DNA of 64,000 nt from Gemmatimonadota bacterium (GTDB lineage Bacteria > Gemmatimonadota > Gemmatimonadetes > Longimicrobiales > Gaopeijiaceae): the NCBI GenBank assembly GCA_022826025.1, contig JAJDVR010000096.1, positions 1,840-65,839 on the forward strand, given 5' to 3'. The notes beneath the pieces were generated by a model. That model worked only from the letters and a program-made list of their open reading frames with translations. It made no database searches and was not told the DNA's origin. The position numbers were made by a program, and so were the translations under genes. Within the stretch, counting starts at the first letter, position 1. Every line of letters starts with the position of its first letter. Shown here piece after piece: positions 1 through 9,466 of the stretch.

Positions 1-1212
1 CAGCCGCTCGCGGAGGGGCACACGATCGAGTTGTTCGGCCGGCGCAACGCGACCCACCAGGACCGCAACAACGCGGTCTACGATCACGTCGACGGCACCC
101 TGGTTCACAACCCCCGCATGAGCTCGGGATTCGAACGGGCCTACACGTATCTCCAGGGCGGGACGCGCTACAGCCGCAACACCGAAAGCTCCTGGCTCAC
201 GCTCGGGCTCCGCGTGCAGAGGTCCAACCTCGAGGGCGTCATCCTGGGCCGGGACGAGTCCATCGCCAACGGCTACACGCACCTGCTCGGCAACGCACGG
301 CTGAAGAAGGAGATCAAGGAAGGGCAGACGCTCCAGCTCCGCTACGAAGGCTCGAGTCGCGAGCCGTCGCTGACGCAGCTCCAACCCTACGCCGACAACA
401 CCGATCCCCTCAACATCTACTCCGGGAACCCGGATCTGCGCCCGGAATACCGGCACCGGGTCAACGCCGATTTCCGTCTGTTCGATGAGGTGACCTTCAT
501 CAACCTCCGCACCTTCACCCGCTTCACCTACACCGACAACAACATCTCGATGTCGCGGGTCTTCGACGAGCGCGGCTTTCAGACCCGGATGCCGGTCAAC
601 ACCAGCGGCGAGTGGTCCGGCAGCCTGGGAGCCAACTTCGACACCCCGATCAGGAGGCTGGGCATCGACGTCGAACTCGAATACGACGTCAGCTATTCCG
701 AGGGGACGGAACTCGTGAACCACGCGGCCAACGAGAGCCGCATCCTGCGCAACTCGCTCGAGATCGGGGTGGACAACCGGGAAAAGGACCGGGTGGACGT
801 ACGCGCTTCGGTCAGCTTCAACTTCAACGACGTCGCGTACTCGCTGAACCAGGAACTCGACCGCGGCTACGTCAACAGCCAGTACCGCGCGGAAGCCACC
901 TGGCACATCGGCGACGCCTGGACCCTGGAATCGGATTTCCGCCACCGGGTCTTCGACCAGGGACTCTTCGGGGAGGCGCGCAACGTCGCCCGCTGGGATG
1001 CCGCCATCTCCCGGCGCGTGCTCGACGAGCGCGCCGAGATCGAATTGCGGGCCTACGATCTCCTGAACCAGAACCAGGGCGTCGCGATCACCAATTCGGC
1101 GAACTACATCGAGGAGTCGCGGACGGACTCGCTCGGGCAGTACTTCATGCTCCGGGTGATGTACCGGCTGGGGACGCCGATGAACCGGAGGGGGTCGCGG
1201 AGAGGACGGTAG
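1..1212 (+). CDS. outer-membrane beta-barrel protein, TonB-dependent-receptor-like C-terminal barrel (5' partial, continues upstream of window)
   Basis: Frame 1 is open from nt 1 to TAG 1210-1212. Alternating amphipathic strands and N/D/G/R-rich turns are present (NADFRLFDEVTFINLRTFTRFTYTDNN, YFMLRVMYRLG), typical of TBDR-type barrels. Family call is from pattern recognition only. Confidence 0.6.
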   Translation, partial: QPLAEGHTIELFGRRNATHQDRNNAVYDHVDGTLVHNPRMSSGFERAYTYLQGGTRYSRNTESSWLTLGLRVQRSNLEGVILGRDESIANGYTHLLGNARLKKEIKEGQTLQLRYEGSSREPSLTQLQPYADNTDPLNIYSGNPDLRPEYRHRVNADFRLFDEVTFINLRTFTRFTYTDNNISMSRVFDERGFQTRMPVNTSGEWSGSLGANFDTPIRRLGIDVELEYDVSYSEGTELVNHAANESRILRNSLEIGVDNREKDRVDVRASVSFNFNDVAYSLNQELDRGYVNSQYRAEATWHIGDAWTLESDFRHRVFDQGLFGEARNVARWDAAISRRVLDERAEIELRAYDLLNQNQGVAITNSANYIEESRTDSLGQYFMLRVMYRLGTPMNRRGSRRGR

Positions 1213-1413
1213 GGGTCGGGTGCATCGCCGCTCGAATGGCGGAGCAGTTCGTCCGCGGGCTGCCAGGCCGGTTCCTGTCGCGTTGCGTGCTCTGCGCACA
1301 TTCCATAGCCTTGCGAGTGTTCGGGCTCGTCACGTCCGAGGGTCTCCTCGTGCGCGATGGCCCGCGCCTAATGGAGAGGCAGCGCACACCAGCTACGCGG
1401 AGCAAGAGCGCAA

Positions 1414-3048
1414 ATGCGAGCAATCCGAGTCCTGGCCCTGGTTCTGATTACGGCGGGAGCCACCGTGTGGGTGGCCACCTGCGGCGGTGACGGGGGAACC
1501 ACACCGACCCCGACCACCCCTCCTACGCCCCCCACGCCCCCACCGCCGGCAAACCGCGCGCCCACCCCTACGGGCAGCATCGACGCGCAGACGATCCCGG
1601 CCGGGGAGAGCGTCACGGTCGACGTGGCCGGAAACTTCACCGATCCGGACGGCAACACGCTGTCCTTCTCGGCGGCGAGCTCCGATGACGCGGTCGCCAC
1701 GGCTGCGGTAGCGGGGAGCACCGTGACCATCGAGGGCGTTTCCGCGGGAACGGCGACCGTGACGGTGACGGCACGCGACCCGGGCGGGCTGTCGGCAACC
1801 CAGAGCATCAGTGTGACGGTGGAAGCCGTCAACCAGGCGCCCGTGGGTGAAGGCATCATCGACGACCAGGGCCTGGTCGTGGGCGACGAGGTTACGGTGG
1901 ACGTGTCCGCCAACTTCAGCGACCCCGACGGGGATGACCTGACCTACACCGCCAGCAGCGACGACACCACCGTGGCGACCGTGGCGACCGATGGCGCCAT
2001 GGTGACCATCACGGCCGTGGGCGCAGGCGAAGCCACCGTGACCGTGACCGCCACCGACCCGGGCGAGCTCTCGGCGGATCAGCAGTTCGGCGTCACCGTC
2101 ACCGAAGCCAACGAGCCGCCGGTGGCGGAAGGCACCATCGACGACGTGACTGTGGTCGCGGGCAGCGAGGTGGAGGTGGACGTAAGCGCCAACTTCAGCG
2201 ATCCGGACGATGACGAACTGACCTACGAGGCCACCAGTGACGACCCCAGCGTGGCGACCGTGGCGACCGAGGGTGCCGTGGTGACCGTCACGGGCGTCGC
2301 GCCAGGGAGCGCCACGGTGACCGTGACCGCCTCGGATGCGGGCATGCTCTCGGCCAGCCTGGACTTCGGCGTGACCGTCACGCCGCCCCCGGTGCCGCCG
2401 GAGATCATCGACACGATCCCCACCCACGACATGATCGTGGACAGCATGGTGGTGCTGGACGTGTCGCCGTACTTCGAGGACGCCGAGCTTACCTACGCGG
2501 CGACGACCTCGGACGAGGCCGTGGCGGTGGCGTCGGTGAACGGCAGCATGGTGACCACGACGGGCACGGGCGCGGTGGAGGACAGCGTCAGCGTAGCGCT
2601 GCTCTCGGTGACGGCCACGAACGAGGACGGGTTGTCGGTCACGCAGGACTCGATCATGGTGAGGGTGCACCAGGAGGCGTACGGCAACCTGCAGGGGATA
2701 TCGGTTAGCGAGGACGGCGTTCTGATGGCTGAGATCTCGCCGGGCTCGTCCATTCCGCTCACCAGTTGCCTCCAGGTCAGGGGCTTCCCGGTCGGCGGCA
2801 CCAGCTTCACGGTGTTCTGGTCGGAGTGGCAACGTTCGGTCGGAGGGGGGTGGGTGGTCGCCCAGGACAACAACAAGGCCCATCAAGGCTCTGCAACCCA
2901 CGACCCGAACAATCCAGGGGGCTCCGTCTGCCCCATCAACATCGACGAGGACAGGTACCCGCCGGGCACCTACCGCCTGGTCGGCCATGTGCAGCTCGGC
3001 GACGAGGCCGGCTTCTACGCCACGTCCACCTTCGTGAAGCAGCCGTAG
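1414..3048 (+). CDS. lipoprotein with four tandem Ig-like/cadherin-like repeats and a distinct C-terminal domain
   Basis: ATG 1414. Signal peptide with lipobox ([25 protein letters not shown]), then a Pro/Thr linker. Four ~93-aa repeats share NxAPxxxGxIDD..V.[60 protein letters not shown]. The last ~125 aa are non-repetitive. Confidence 0.75.
   Translation: MRAIRVLALVLITAGATVWVATCGGDGGTTPTPTTPPTPPTPPPPANRAPTPTGSIDAQTIPAGESVTVDVAGNFTDPDGNTLSFSAASSDDAVATAAVAGSTVTIEGVSAGTATVTVTARDPGGLSATQSISVTVEAVNQAPVGEGIIDDQGLVVGDEVTVDVSANFSDPDGDDLTYTASSDDTTVATVATDGAMVTITAVGAGEATVTVTATDPGELSADQQFGVTVTEANEPPVAEGTIDDVTVVAGSEVEVDVSANFSDPDDDELTYEATSDDPSVATVATEGAVVTVTGVAPGSATVTVTASDAGMLSASLDFGVTVTPPPVPPEIIDTIPTHDMIVDSMVVLDVSPYFEDAELTYAATTSDEAVAVASVNGSMVTTTGTGAVEDSVSVALLSVTATNEDGLSVTQDSIMVRVHQEAYGNLQGISVSEDGVLMAEISPGSSIPLTSCLQVRGFPVGGTSFTVFWSEWQRSVGGGWVVAQDNNKAHQGSATHDPNNPGGSVCPINIDEDRYPPGTYRLVGHVQLGDEAGFYATSTFVKQP
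1549..2673 (+). repeat. four in-frame tandem coding repeats (~280 nt each); the fourth is degenerate
   Basis: Direct reading of the translated ORF 1414..3048. Repeats 2 and 3 are the most similar pair. Confidence 0.8.
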
Positions 3049-3105
3049 CGCAGATGTGACCGCCGCGGGCCGGCTCCGGCGGATGATCCTGACGGCCGGC
3101 AGATC

Positions 3106-3151
3106 GCGCTCCAGCGCCCCCGCTCACCGACGAGACGGGGGCGCTGGAGCG
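3106..3151. terminator. candidate bidirectional hairpin terminator between convergent genes
   Basis: Perfect 16-bp GC-rich inverted repeat CGCTCCAGCGCCCCCG / CGGGGGCGCTGGAGCG with a 13-nt loop. It lies between the stop at 3048 (+) and the stop at 3237 (-). There is no clear U-tract. Confidence 0.55.
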
Positions 3152-3236
3152 TCGTGCCTTGGAGGGGTTCGGCCGCGGGCCGCGGAGGCCGCCGACCCGT
3201 CGTCAGCTTCGGCGGAATCTCCGGTCGAGTTCAACC

Positions 3237-6200
3237 TCAGTCACTCACCGGCGGCGGATCCTCTTCCTCCTCCTCTTCCGGCGGGCGCGGGCGGTTCATG
3301 CGCAGCGTGACCCCGCCGAAGAAGGTCGAGCCGGAGCGCTCGACCTTGTGGTTGCCCTCGTACAGGTAGTCGAGGATGGCCTGGTCCCAGGAGAGTCCCG
3401 CCTTCGCCACCAGTTCCATCCAGGGCCCGTGCGCGGTCTCGTCGGGGGCCTCGGTGGTGCCGCTCCAGATGGTGACCCGCGGGTTGTAGCCGCCTCCCCC
3501 GCCCCCTGAAGATCCCTTCAGGGGCATCTGGATGAGCACGCTGTCGGTCATGGGCAGGCGGAAGACGTCGGTGTCGAAGTCGGCGCCGTAGCGCTCGTAG
3601 CGGGCGTAGGTGCGCTGGTTCATCTCGAAGACATCGCGATTCGAGTTGATGCCCCGGGTGATGTGGTCGCGCAGCTGGAAGGCGGCATCGCGGTGCCGGG
3701 GGAACTCCGGGCTGTCCACGTAGCCGAATCCGGGCATGAACCAGCCCTTGTTGAATCCCCAGTTGCGTTCGGTGACGCGGCCGCGGCGCACGAGCCCCGT
3801 GTACTCGGAAAAGAGCTGCACAACCTGGTGCGAGGGGTAGCCGTGCGGGTTCAGGAAGATGTCGGGGAGCCACGCCTCCCAGAGCCTCCCCCGCACCTGC
3901 GACTCCGGGTAGATGGGATGGTCGTCGCCTGAGCCCGAGCTGACGTCGACGCCGAGCGACCCCAGGTAGCCGGCGTGCAGGATGTAGTCGGGGGTGGAGC
4001 GGTACAGGTCGTAGGCCAGTTGGGCGCCGTCGGGGTTGGTGAAGGGATGGATGATGACGTTCACACGGTCCAGCCTGCGGCGCTGCTCCGGGTCGGTGAG
4101 GAGCAGCTCGGCGTGGCGCAGCACATGGCTCGTGGACGACACTTCGTTGGCGTGCTGGCGCGCGGAATAGATGACGGTCGGCTTGTAGGTGGTGGCCTTG
4201 GCGCGCGACCAGTGCGAGGCCTCGATGGGCGGCATGAGGTCCATCGCCCAGGTGGTTCGGCCCAGGTAGGACTCGCCCGCCTTGTAGACGTGCGCCTCCT
4301 CGAAGGCGGCCCCCATCTGGGCCAGGATGCGGTGCCCCTCCGGTGGCGGCATGGGGGTTTCCCACTGCACCAGGGGCTCGCCCGAGTAGCTCCAGCCGTC
4401 GGGGAGGAGGGTACGCCAGTCGGGGAGGGGTTCCGGCGCGCCGTTGGCCGCGAGATCGACGGTGCGGCGCGACTCCGGGTCCTCCTCGTGCGTCCACTCG
4501 GCGTGCACCTCCAGGGATCCCAGGCCGGGAAACGCCAGCGCGGACGCATACATGCCGCGGTCGCGCATGGCCTCGATGTGGCCGATGGCGGCCTCCACCT
4601 GCTCGGCTGAGAGCATGCGCTCGTCCACCTGGAGGGGCGGGGCGTAGGCCAGCAGGCTGTCGCGCATGTCGGCGTCGGTGTCGACACGCACGCGCAGGGC
4701 GAGGTGGGAGAGGCCGGGCGTGCCTGCGCGCACATGCGCCCGCCGGGCCGATGGGCGGTCCATGGTGATGCGCGGGATATCCAGCCGTTCCTCGCCGGTC
4801 TCGCCGGAGCGCTCGCGCCAGGTGACGACCACCGCCGGGCGGGAGGTGGCGAAGCCGGAGAACGAGATGTCGACGGTTCCGGGCGCACCGTCCGCCCTGG
4901 GCAGCATCACGGGAATGATGCGTCCCGGGAAGGTGAGCCCCTGCCCGCGCGAGTTGCGCCCGATCAGGTCGAAGAACTCGATGGTGCCGAAGTAGACCTC
5001 CTCGTGGAGGGCGTCCATGGTGGAATGGATCTCGTTGTCGATCTCGAGGCGGTAGTCGGGCTCGCTGAGTTGTACGTTGACGACCAGCTCGCCGAAGAAG
5101 GGCGCGTCCGCGTTGCCGCCCCGCGGAATGCCCTTGTGGCGCTCCATCACGTAGTCGTAGATGGCCGGCAGGGTGGTGCCCTGGTAGTAGTCCCAGAACG
5201 CCTCCGGGTCGGTGACGATGCGCTCGTCGGCGAGGGTGCGCCCGGCGGCGCGCGCCTCGATCCAGCCGGTGGTGACGCGGACGTACTCGTAGTCGCGGAA
5301 GCGGTCGACGTACGGACGCATGACCCACTTGGGGTCGAAGGTCTCGGTGAGGATGACGTCGCCGCCCGGGTCGGTCACTTCAACCTCGTAGGTGGGGCCC
5401 TCCAGGACCTGCTCGAAGCGGATGCGCTCGAGATCGATGCCCAGGTCGCGCGCCAGCACCTCGTCGATGGGGAAGATCTCGTGCAACCAGCGCACGGGGG
5501 TGTGGATGGCCTGCTGGGGCCACTCCTCGGGCGGGTCGTTGCGGCGGAAGCGGATGACGATCTCGCCGATGTCGGCGCCCTCCAGCCGCGGGCGGACGCC
5601 TTCATGGAGCCAGTAGTATCCCTGCTTGAAGGCGGAGCGCACTTCGACGATGGTGGCCTCGGGGTCGGCGCCTCGCTCGAGGAGGGCGGCGAGGACTTCC
5701 GCCTCCAGATTGCGACGCACAGCAGGGGGCTCGCTCAGGCGGGCGTGCACGGTGACGGGCTCGCCGGACGCCACCGAGGGGAGGACGTCCTCCCGGACGA
5801 TGGCCCGGAAGCGGTCGACCTCGGAGGGCAGCGTGAAGGATTCGGAGAAGATGGGCGCGGCGTTCTGCACGTCGCGGTCGTCGATGATCACGTCGAGCTC
5901 GCCGGCGCCCAGGGCGGCCGCCCGCTCGCGGACGAGATCGGCGAGGCCGGGGTCGGGTTTCTCCACCGAGATCAGGACCTCGGCGGCGGCAAGGTCGCGG
6001 CCGGCGAGATCCGCCAGGATGCGGTCGAGCTTGTAGATGCCGATGGCCGCCTGACCCGCGGGAGAGTGGCCGGAGAGCGCGCTCCAGAGGGCCTGTTCGA
6101 CATGGTCGAGGGTCGGGCGGTCGTCGCCCCGGGCGTCCAGGTGGGGGAGGGTGAGGGCGAGGTGGTCGAGGGCGCTGCGGGCTCCCGCGGCGTCGCCGCC

Positions 6201-7613
6201 GGTCACGACCAGCGAGGGCTTGCTGCCGAAGGCGTCGGACACAAGCTGGATGAGCCCTTCCCCGGGCTGAAGGGCGGCCAGGTCGACGCGGCCGCTGTCG
6301 GCCAGCTGCCCGGTGAGCGGGTTGTCGGTGCCGGCCAGCACGAGGGTGGGACGGGAGGCGGGGCGCTGCAGGCCGGCGGCGGGTTCCACCAGCGGCACCA
6401 CCAGTCCGGTCGCCTCCAGCCCGAGGCGGGCGGCCAGGTCGGGCAGCGCCTCCACCGCGACCGCGCCCGGGGCGATCAGGGCGTCGATGCGGTCGGGGAT
6501 CTCGTTGTTGTCGGAGTCGCCCAGCAGGCCGTCGGAGGTGTACAGGTTGGACAGGTCGAGCGACCCCTTCGCTCCGCTGCCCGGTCGACCCGCGACCGGT
6601 CCGGGCGCGTCCGGGGCGGCCCGACCCGGGATGCGCACCACCGGACCGGAGGCAAGCCGCACCTCCACCGAACCCAGGCCGGGGTAGGCGAACGGGTCGT
6701 CCGACTGGTCGGCTTCATCCGCCGCCTGGGGGTCGTCCTGCCCGGCGGGCGCCGCCCCGGGGTCAGCCTGGCCGGCGGGTTCCGCCGCGGCCGGCGCGTC
6801 CTGGCCGGCGGCCTCTTCCTGCCCGGTCGCGGCCGGGACTTCCTCTCCGGCCGCGAGCGCGCGCAGCACCCCGGCTGCGGTGTCCACGTCGGCCGATGCC
6901 ACCTGCAGGTCCGCGATCAGGCGGTTCACCCCGTCCGATCCGGCGCGCGCCCGGGCCTGCCAGAGCCGAACCTGCTCCACCTCGACCCCCGATTCCTGCA
7001 GGGCGGTGCGCACGTCCTCCCCCGCCCGGCCCAGCAGCGGCGCGGACAGAGTGCGCGTGTGTGGAAGCACCCCCGCGAACATGCGGGCGGCCGCGACCAG
7101 CCCCTCATCATCCCCACCCACCACAATTACCCAGCGCCGGCCCTCCGCCTCGCGCACCACCACGGCTCCCTCGCCGGCATCCAGCGATGCCGGGTCGACC
7201 CCCGGCGAAACCAGCTCCGAGGCGGCCAACCCGCTCCGGCCGACCACGACCAACACGCCCTCCGCCGCCGCGCCGCGCGCCACCGGCAGGTCCAGCGCCA
7301 TGGTCTCGAAGCCCAGGCGGGCGGCGATCTCGGCGGCCGCGCGCGTCTCGGCCGGCGTGGGCGTCTGTCCGGTGACCAGCGAGGCGTTGACGAAGTCGGG
7401 CACTTCGTCGCCGTTGGTATCGAGGACGAGGCCTCCGATCTCGAAAAGCGTGGTCAGGTCACCGGGAATCGAGGCCTCCGGAGCCTGCGCCAGACCGGGC
7501 AGGGGCACGCCGATGCAGAGCACGATCGCAATCCACGCGCGGACCGTTGCCGAACAGGCAGCCCGCCGCGCCCCGAACCGCGTGCGGAGCGTCCCCGGCC
7601 GGAGCACGCTCAC
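3237..7613 (-). CDS. large secreted M14-family zinc metallocarboxypeptidase-like protein (1458 aa)
   Basis: GTG 7613 overlaps the cstA stop (GTGA). N-terminal signal-like segment is RAWIAIVLCIGVPLPGLAQAPE. M14-type HxxE motif occurs in VIYSARQHANEVSSTSH, followed by NVIIHPFTNPDGAQLAY and a later FLNPHGYPSH His. The ORF-track entry 3237..9137 is a read-through in a non-coding frame over cstA. Confidence 0.8.
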   Translation of the reverse strand: MSVLRPGTLRTRFGARRAACSATVRAWIAIVLCIGVPLPGLAQAPEASIPGDLTTLFEIGGLVLDTNGDEVPDFVNASLVTGQTPTPAETRAAAEIAARLGFETMALDLPVARGAAAEGVLVVVGRSGLAASELVSPGVDPASLDAGEGAVVVREAEGRRWVIVVGGDDEGLVAAARMFAGVLPHTRTLSAPLLGRAGEDVRTALQESGVEVEQVRLWQARARAGSDGVNRLIADLQVASADVDTAAGVLRALAAGEEVPAATGQEEAAGQDAPAAAEPAGQADPGAAPAGQDDPQAADEADQSDDPFAYPGLGSVEVRLASGPVVRIPGRAAPDAPGPVAGRPGSGAKGSLDLSNLYTSDGLLGDSDNNEIPDRIDALIAPGAVAVEALPDLAARLGLEATGLVVPLVEPAAGLQRPASRPTLVLAGTDNPLTGQLADSGRVDLAALQPGEGLIQLVSDAFGSKPSLVVTGGDAAGARSALDHLALTLPHLDARGDDRPTLDHVEQALWSALSGHSPAGQAAIGIYKLDRILADLAGRDLAAAEVLISVEKPDPGLADLVRERAAALGAGELDVIIDDRDVQNAAPIFSESFTLPSEVDRFRAIVREDVLPSVASGEPVTVHARLSEPPAVRRNLEAEVLAALLERGADPEATIVEVRSAFKQGYYWLHEGVRPRLEGADIGEIVIRFRRNDPPEEWPQQAIHTPVRWLHEIFPIDEVLARDLGIDLERIRFEQVLEGPTYEVEVTDPGGDVILTETFDPKWVMRPYVDRFRDYEYVRVTTGWIEARAAGRTLADERIVTDPEAFWDYYQGTTLPAIYDYVMERHKGIPRGGNADAPFFGELVVNVQLSEPDYRLEIDNEIHSTMDALHEEVYFGTIEFFDLIGRNSRGQGLTFPGRIIPVMLPRADGAPGTVDISFSGFATSRPAVVVTWRERSGETGEERLDIPRITMDRPSARRAHVRAGTPGLSHLALRVRVDTDADMRDSLLAYAPPLQVDERMLSAEQVEAAIGHIEAMRDRGMYASALAFPGLGSLEVHAEWTHEEDPESRRTVDLAANGAPEPLPDWRTLLPDGWSYSGEPLVQWETPMPPPEGHRILAQMGAAFEEAHVYKAGESYLGRTTWAMDLMPPIEASHWSRAKATTYKPTVIYSARQHANEVSSTSHVLRHAELLLTDPEQRRRLDRVNVIIHPFTNPDGAQLAYDLYRSTPDYILHAGYLGSLGVDVSSGSGDDHPIYPESQVRGRLWEAWLPDIFLNPHGYPSHQVVQLFSEYTGLVRRGRVTERNWGFNKGWFMPGFGYVDSPEFPRHRDAAFQLRDHITRGINSNRDVFEMNQRTYARYERYGADFDTDVFRLPMTDSVLIQMPLKGSSGGGGGGYNPRVTIWSGTTEAPDETAHGPWMELVAKAGLSWDQAILDYLYEGNHKVERSGSTFFGGVTLRMNRPRPPEEEEEEDPPPVSD

Positions 7614-9388
7614 GACCCGCGCCGCGCCGGCGCCCCCGGCCCTCCGGCAGCGATCGCGACGCGCATCGCCGCCAGGGCTTCGAAGGCCAGCCACAGCACC
7701 AGCACGAAGATCGCGCCGCCCACGCCGAACAGGAGCCAGGTCTCGCTGGTCCAGTAGCCGACCATGTTGATCACCATGGCCCACGTCGTCATCACCAGCA
7801 GGAAGGCCAGCGGCACCATCGTCACCCAGATCCTCCGCTTGAGGCTGAAGAGGAAGAGGGTGATCACCAGCAGGCTCATCGCGCCGGTGAGCTGGTTGGT
7901 GGTGCCGAAGAGCGGCCACAGGCGCATGCCGCCGGCGCCCCGGTCGACGCCCAGGGCCAGCAGGGCGCAGCTGGTGACGGCCAGGGTGGTCGCGAACCAG
8001 CGGTTTTGCGCGATCTTGACCCGGTACTCGTTCCCCAGCTCGGAGATAATGTAGCGCTGCAGGCGAACCCCGGTGTCCATGGTGGTTGCCGCGAAGCTGA
8101 TGACCACCACCGCCGCAAAGGTGACCGCGAGTCCCTGGGGAATGCCGATCCCCTGCGCCAGGAATCCCACTCCCTGCACGAACGCCTGGGTCGCGCCCGC
8201 AGAAGCCGAGGCGAACGACCCGTAGTGATCGTGCCATCCGTCCACCCCGACCACCACCGCGAACCCCGCGGTGGTCGCCAGAATCGAGGTGAGCGCCAGC
8301 GACCCCTCCCCGACCGCGCCCCCGTATCCCACGTAGCGCGCATCCGTCTCCTTGTCGAGCTGTTTGGACGACGTCCCCGACGACACCAGGCCGTGGAAGC
8401 CGCTGATGGCCCCGCAGGCAATGGTGACGAACAGGAGCGGGAACCAGTTGGGTGTGTCGGGTGGCAGGTCCGTGTTGACCGCCGGCGCAACCACCGGCGC
8501 ATTGGTGAAGATGATCCCGAGCCCGATGATGCCCAGCGCCACGAAGAGCTGGTGGCTGTTCACGTAGTCGCGGGGCTGAAGCAGGAGCCAGACCGGCAGG
8601 ACGCTGGCGAAGAAGGCGTAGATGAAGAGGACGATGACCCAGCCCGCGCGCACGCCGTCGGTCGTCGCTGCCGCCGCCGCGGCCGCCTGGTCGCCCCCGG
8701 CAGCCTCCATCTGGGCGGCCGTCGGGTCGAAGCCGAAGAAGTCGGGGAGCTCGAGCGGAACCGACTGTCCCACCCAGATCAGGAAATAGAGCACCGCCAG
8801 CGCCCCAAGCGACGGCCACAGCAGCCCGGCGCCCGAGCGGTAGATCAGGAAGCCCACCGTGATCGCGACCACGAGGCTGCCCCAGACCGGCAGCACCGCT
8901 CCCGGGTTGCCGATGAACAGGTTCGAGATCACGACCGCGAACACCGCGTTCACCAGCAGCAGCAGGAAGAAGATCACCAGCAGGAAGAGCACGCGGCCGC
9001 GGTCGCCCACGATCTGGCCCGCGAGCGTGCCGATGGAGTTCGCCTTGTGCCGGGTCGAGATCCAGAGCGTGCCGAAGTCGTGCACCGCGCCCGCGAAGAT
9101 CGTCCCCAGCACCACCCACAGGAACGCGGGCAGCCACCCCCAGATGACCGCGATCGCCGGCCCCACGATGGGCGCCGCCCCCGCCACCGACGTGAAGTGG
9201 TGGCCGAAGAGCACGTTGCGGTTGGTGGGCAGGAAGTCCACCCCGTCCTCGAACTCGTGCGCCGGCGTGCGGAAATCCGGATCGAGCCGGTAGATCTTCT
9301 GCGCGACGTACCGGGAGTAGACCAGGTAGCCGGTGGCAAACGCGGACAATCCGACCAGTAGGAGTACGATTGAGCTCACGGATGCCAT
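7610..9388 (-). CDS. cstA: carbon starvation protein A (peptide/pyruvate transporter family)
   Basis: Highly characteristic CstA N-terminus: YSRYVAQKIYRLDPDFRTPAHEFEDGVDFLPTNRNVLFGHHFTSVAGAAPIVGPAIAVIWGWLPAFLWVVLGTIFAGAVHDF. Multi-pass membrane protein. Start is ATG 9388 (MASVSSIV..) or the upstream GTG 9430; this is unresolved. Confidence 0.9.
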   Translation of the reverse strand: MASVSSIVLLLVGLSAFATGYLVYSRYVAQKIYRLDPDFRTPAHEFEDGVDFLPTNRNVLFGHHFTSVAGAAPIVGPAIAVIWGWLPAFLWVVLGTIFAGAVHDFGTLWISTRHKANSIGTLAGQIVGDRGRVLFLLVIFFLLLLVNAVFAVVISNLFIGNPGAVLPVWGSLVVAITVGFLIYRSGAGLLWPSLGALAVLYFLIWVGQSVPLELPDFFGFDPTAAQMEAAGGDQAAAAAAATTDGVRAGWVIVLFIYAFFASVLPVWLLLQPRDYVNSHQLFVALGIIGLGIIFTNAPVVAPAVNTDLPPDTPNWFPLLFVTIACGAISGFHGLVSSGTSSKQLDKETDARYVGYGGAVGEGSLALTSILATTAGFAVVVGVDGWHDHYGSFASASAGATQAFVQGVGFLAQGIGIPQGLAVTFAAVVVISFAATTMDTGVRLQRYIISELGNEYRVKIAQNRWFATTLAVTSCALLALGVDRGAGGMRLWPLFGTTNQLTGAMSLLVITLFLFSLKRRIWVTMVPLAFLLVMTTWAMVINMVGYWTSETWLLFGVGGAIFVLVLWLAFEALAAMRVAIAAGGPGAPARRGS

Positions 9389-9466
9389 CCTTTGTTGGGG
9401 TAACCGGGGCGCATCCCGGGGAAACGGCACGCGCTCACCAGCCTGCCGGGGCGCGGAACGGTCAGT

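Noticed and set aside
121-140. TTCGAA-containing strings resembling tRNA T-loops (GGGATTCGAACGGGCC here, GCTTCGAATCCG near 45930, GCGAATCCGG near 21518)
   Set aside because: The flanking bases do not form T-stems or acceptor stems. The first two lie inside well-supported CDSs, and the third is the cobalamin riboswitch core. No tRNA could be built.
4704-7757. 1017-aa plus-strand ORF antisense to the M14 gene. Similar long antisense ORFs occur at 1393..2988, 7547..9361, 9527..10879, 12467..14407, 18935..21445, 21331..22983, 33261..34886, 53682..55304 and 55647..57377.
   Set aside because: These are typical high-GC shadow ORFs. They are extremely rich in Arg/Gly/Ala/Pro/His/Asp, carry no recognisable motifs, and each lies opposite a gene with clear family signatures.
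3237-9137. 1966-aa ORF that would make a single giant minus-strand gene
   Set aside because: The upstream 508 codons run across cstA in a different frame and are Arg/Gly/Pro/Ala-rich shadow sequence. A GTG start with a signal-like segment sits exactly at the cstA stop (7613), so the real gene is 3237..7613.
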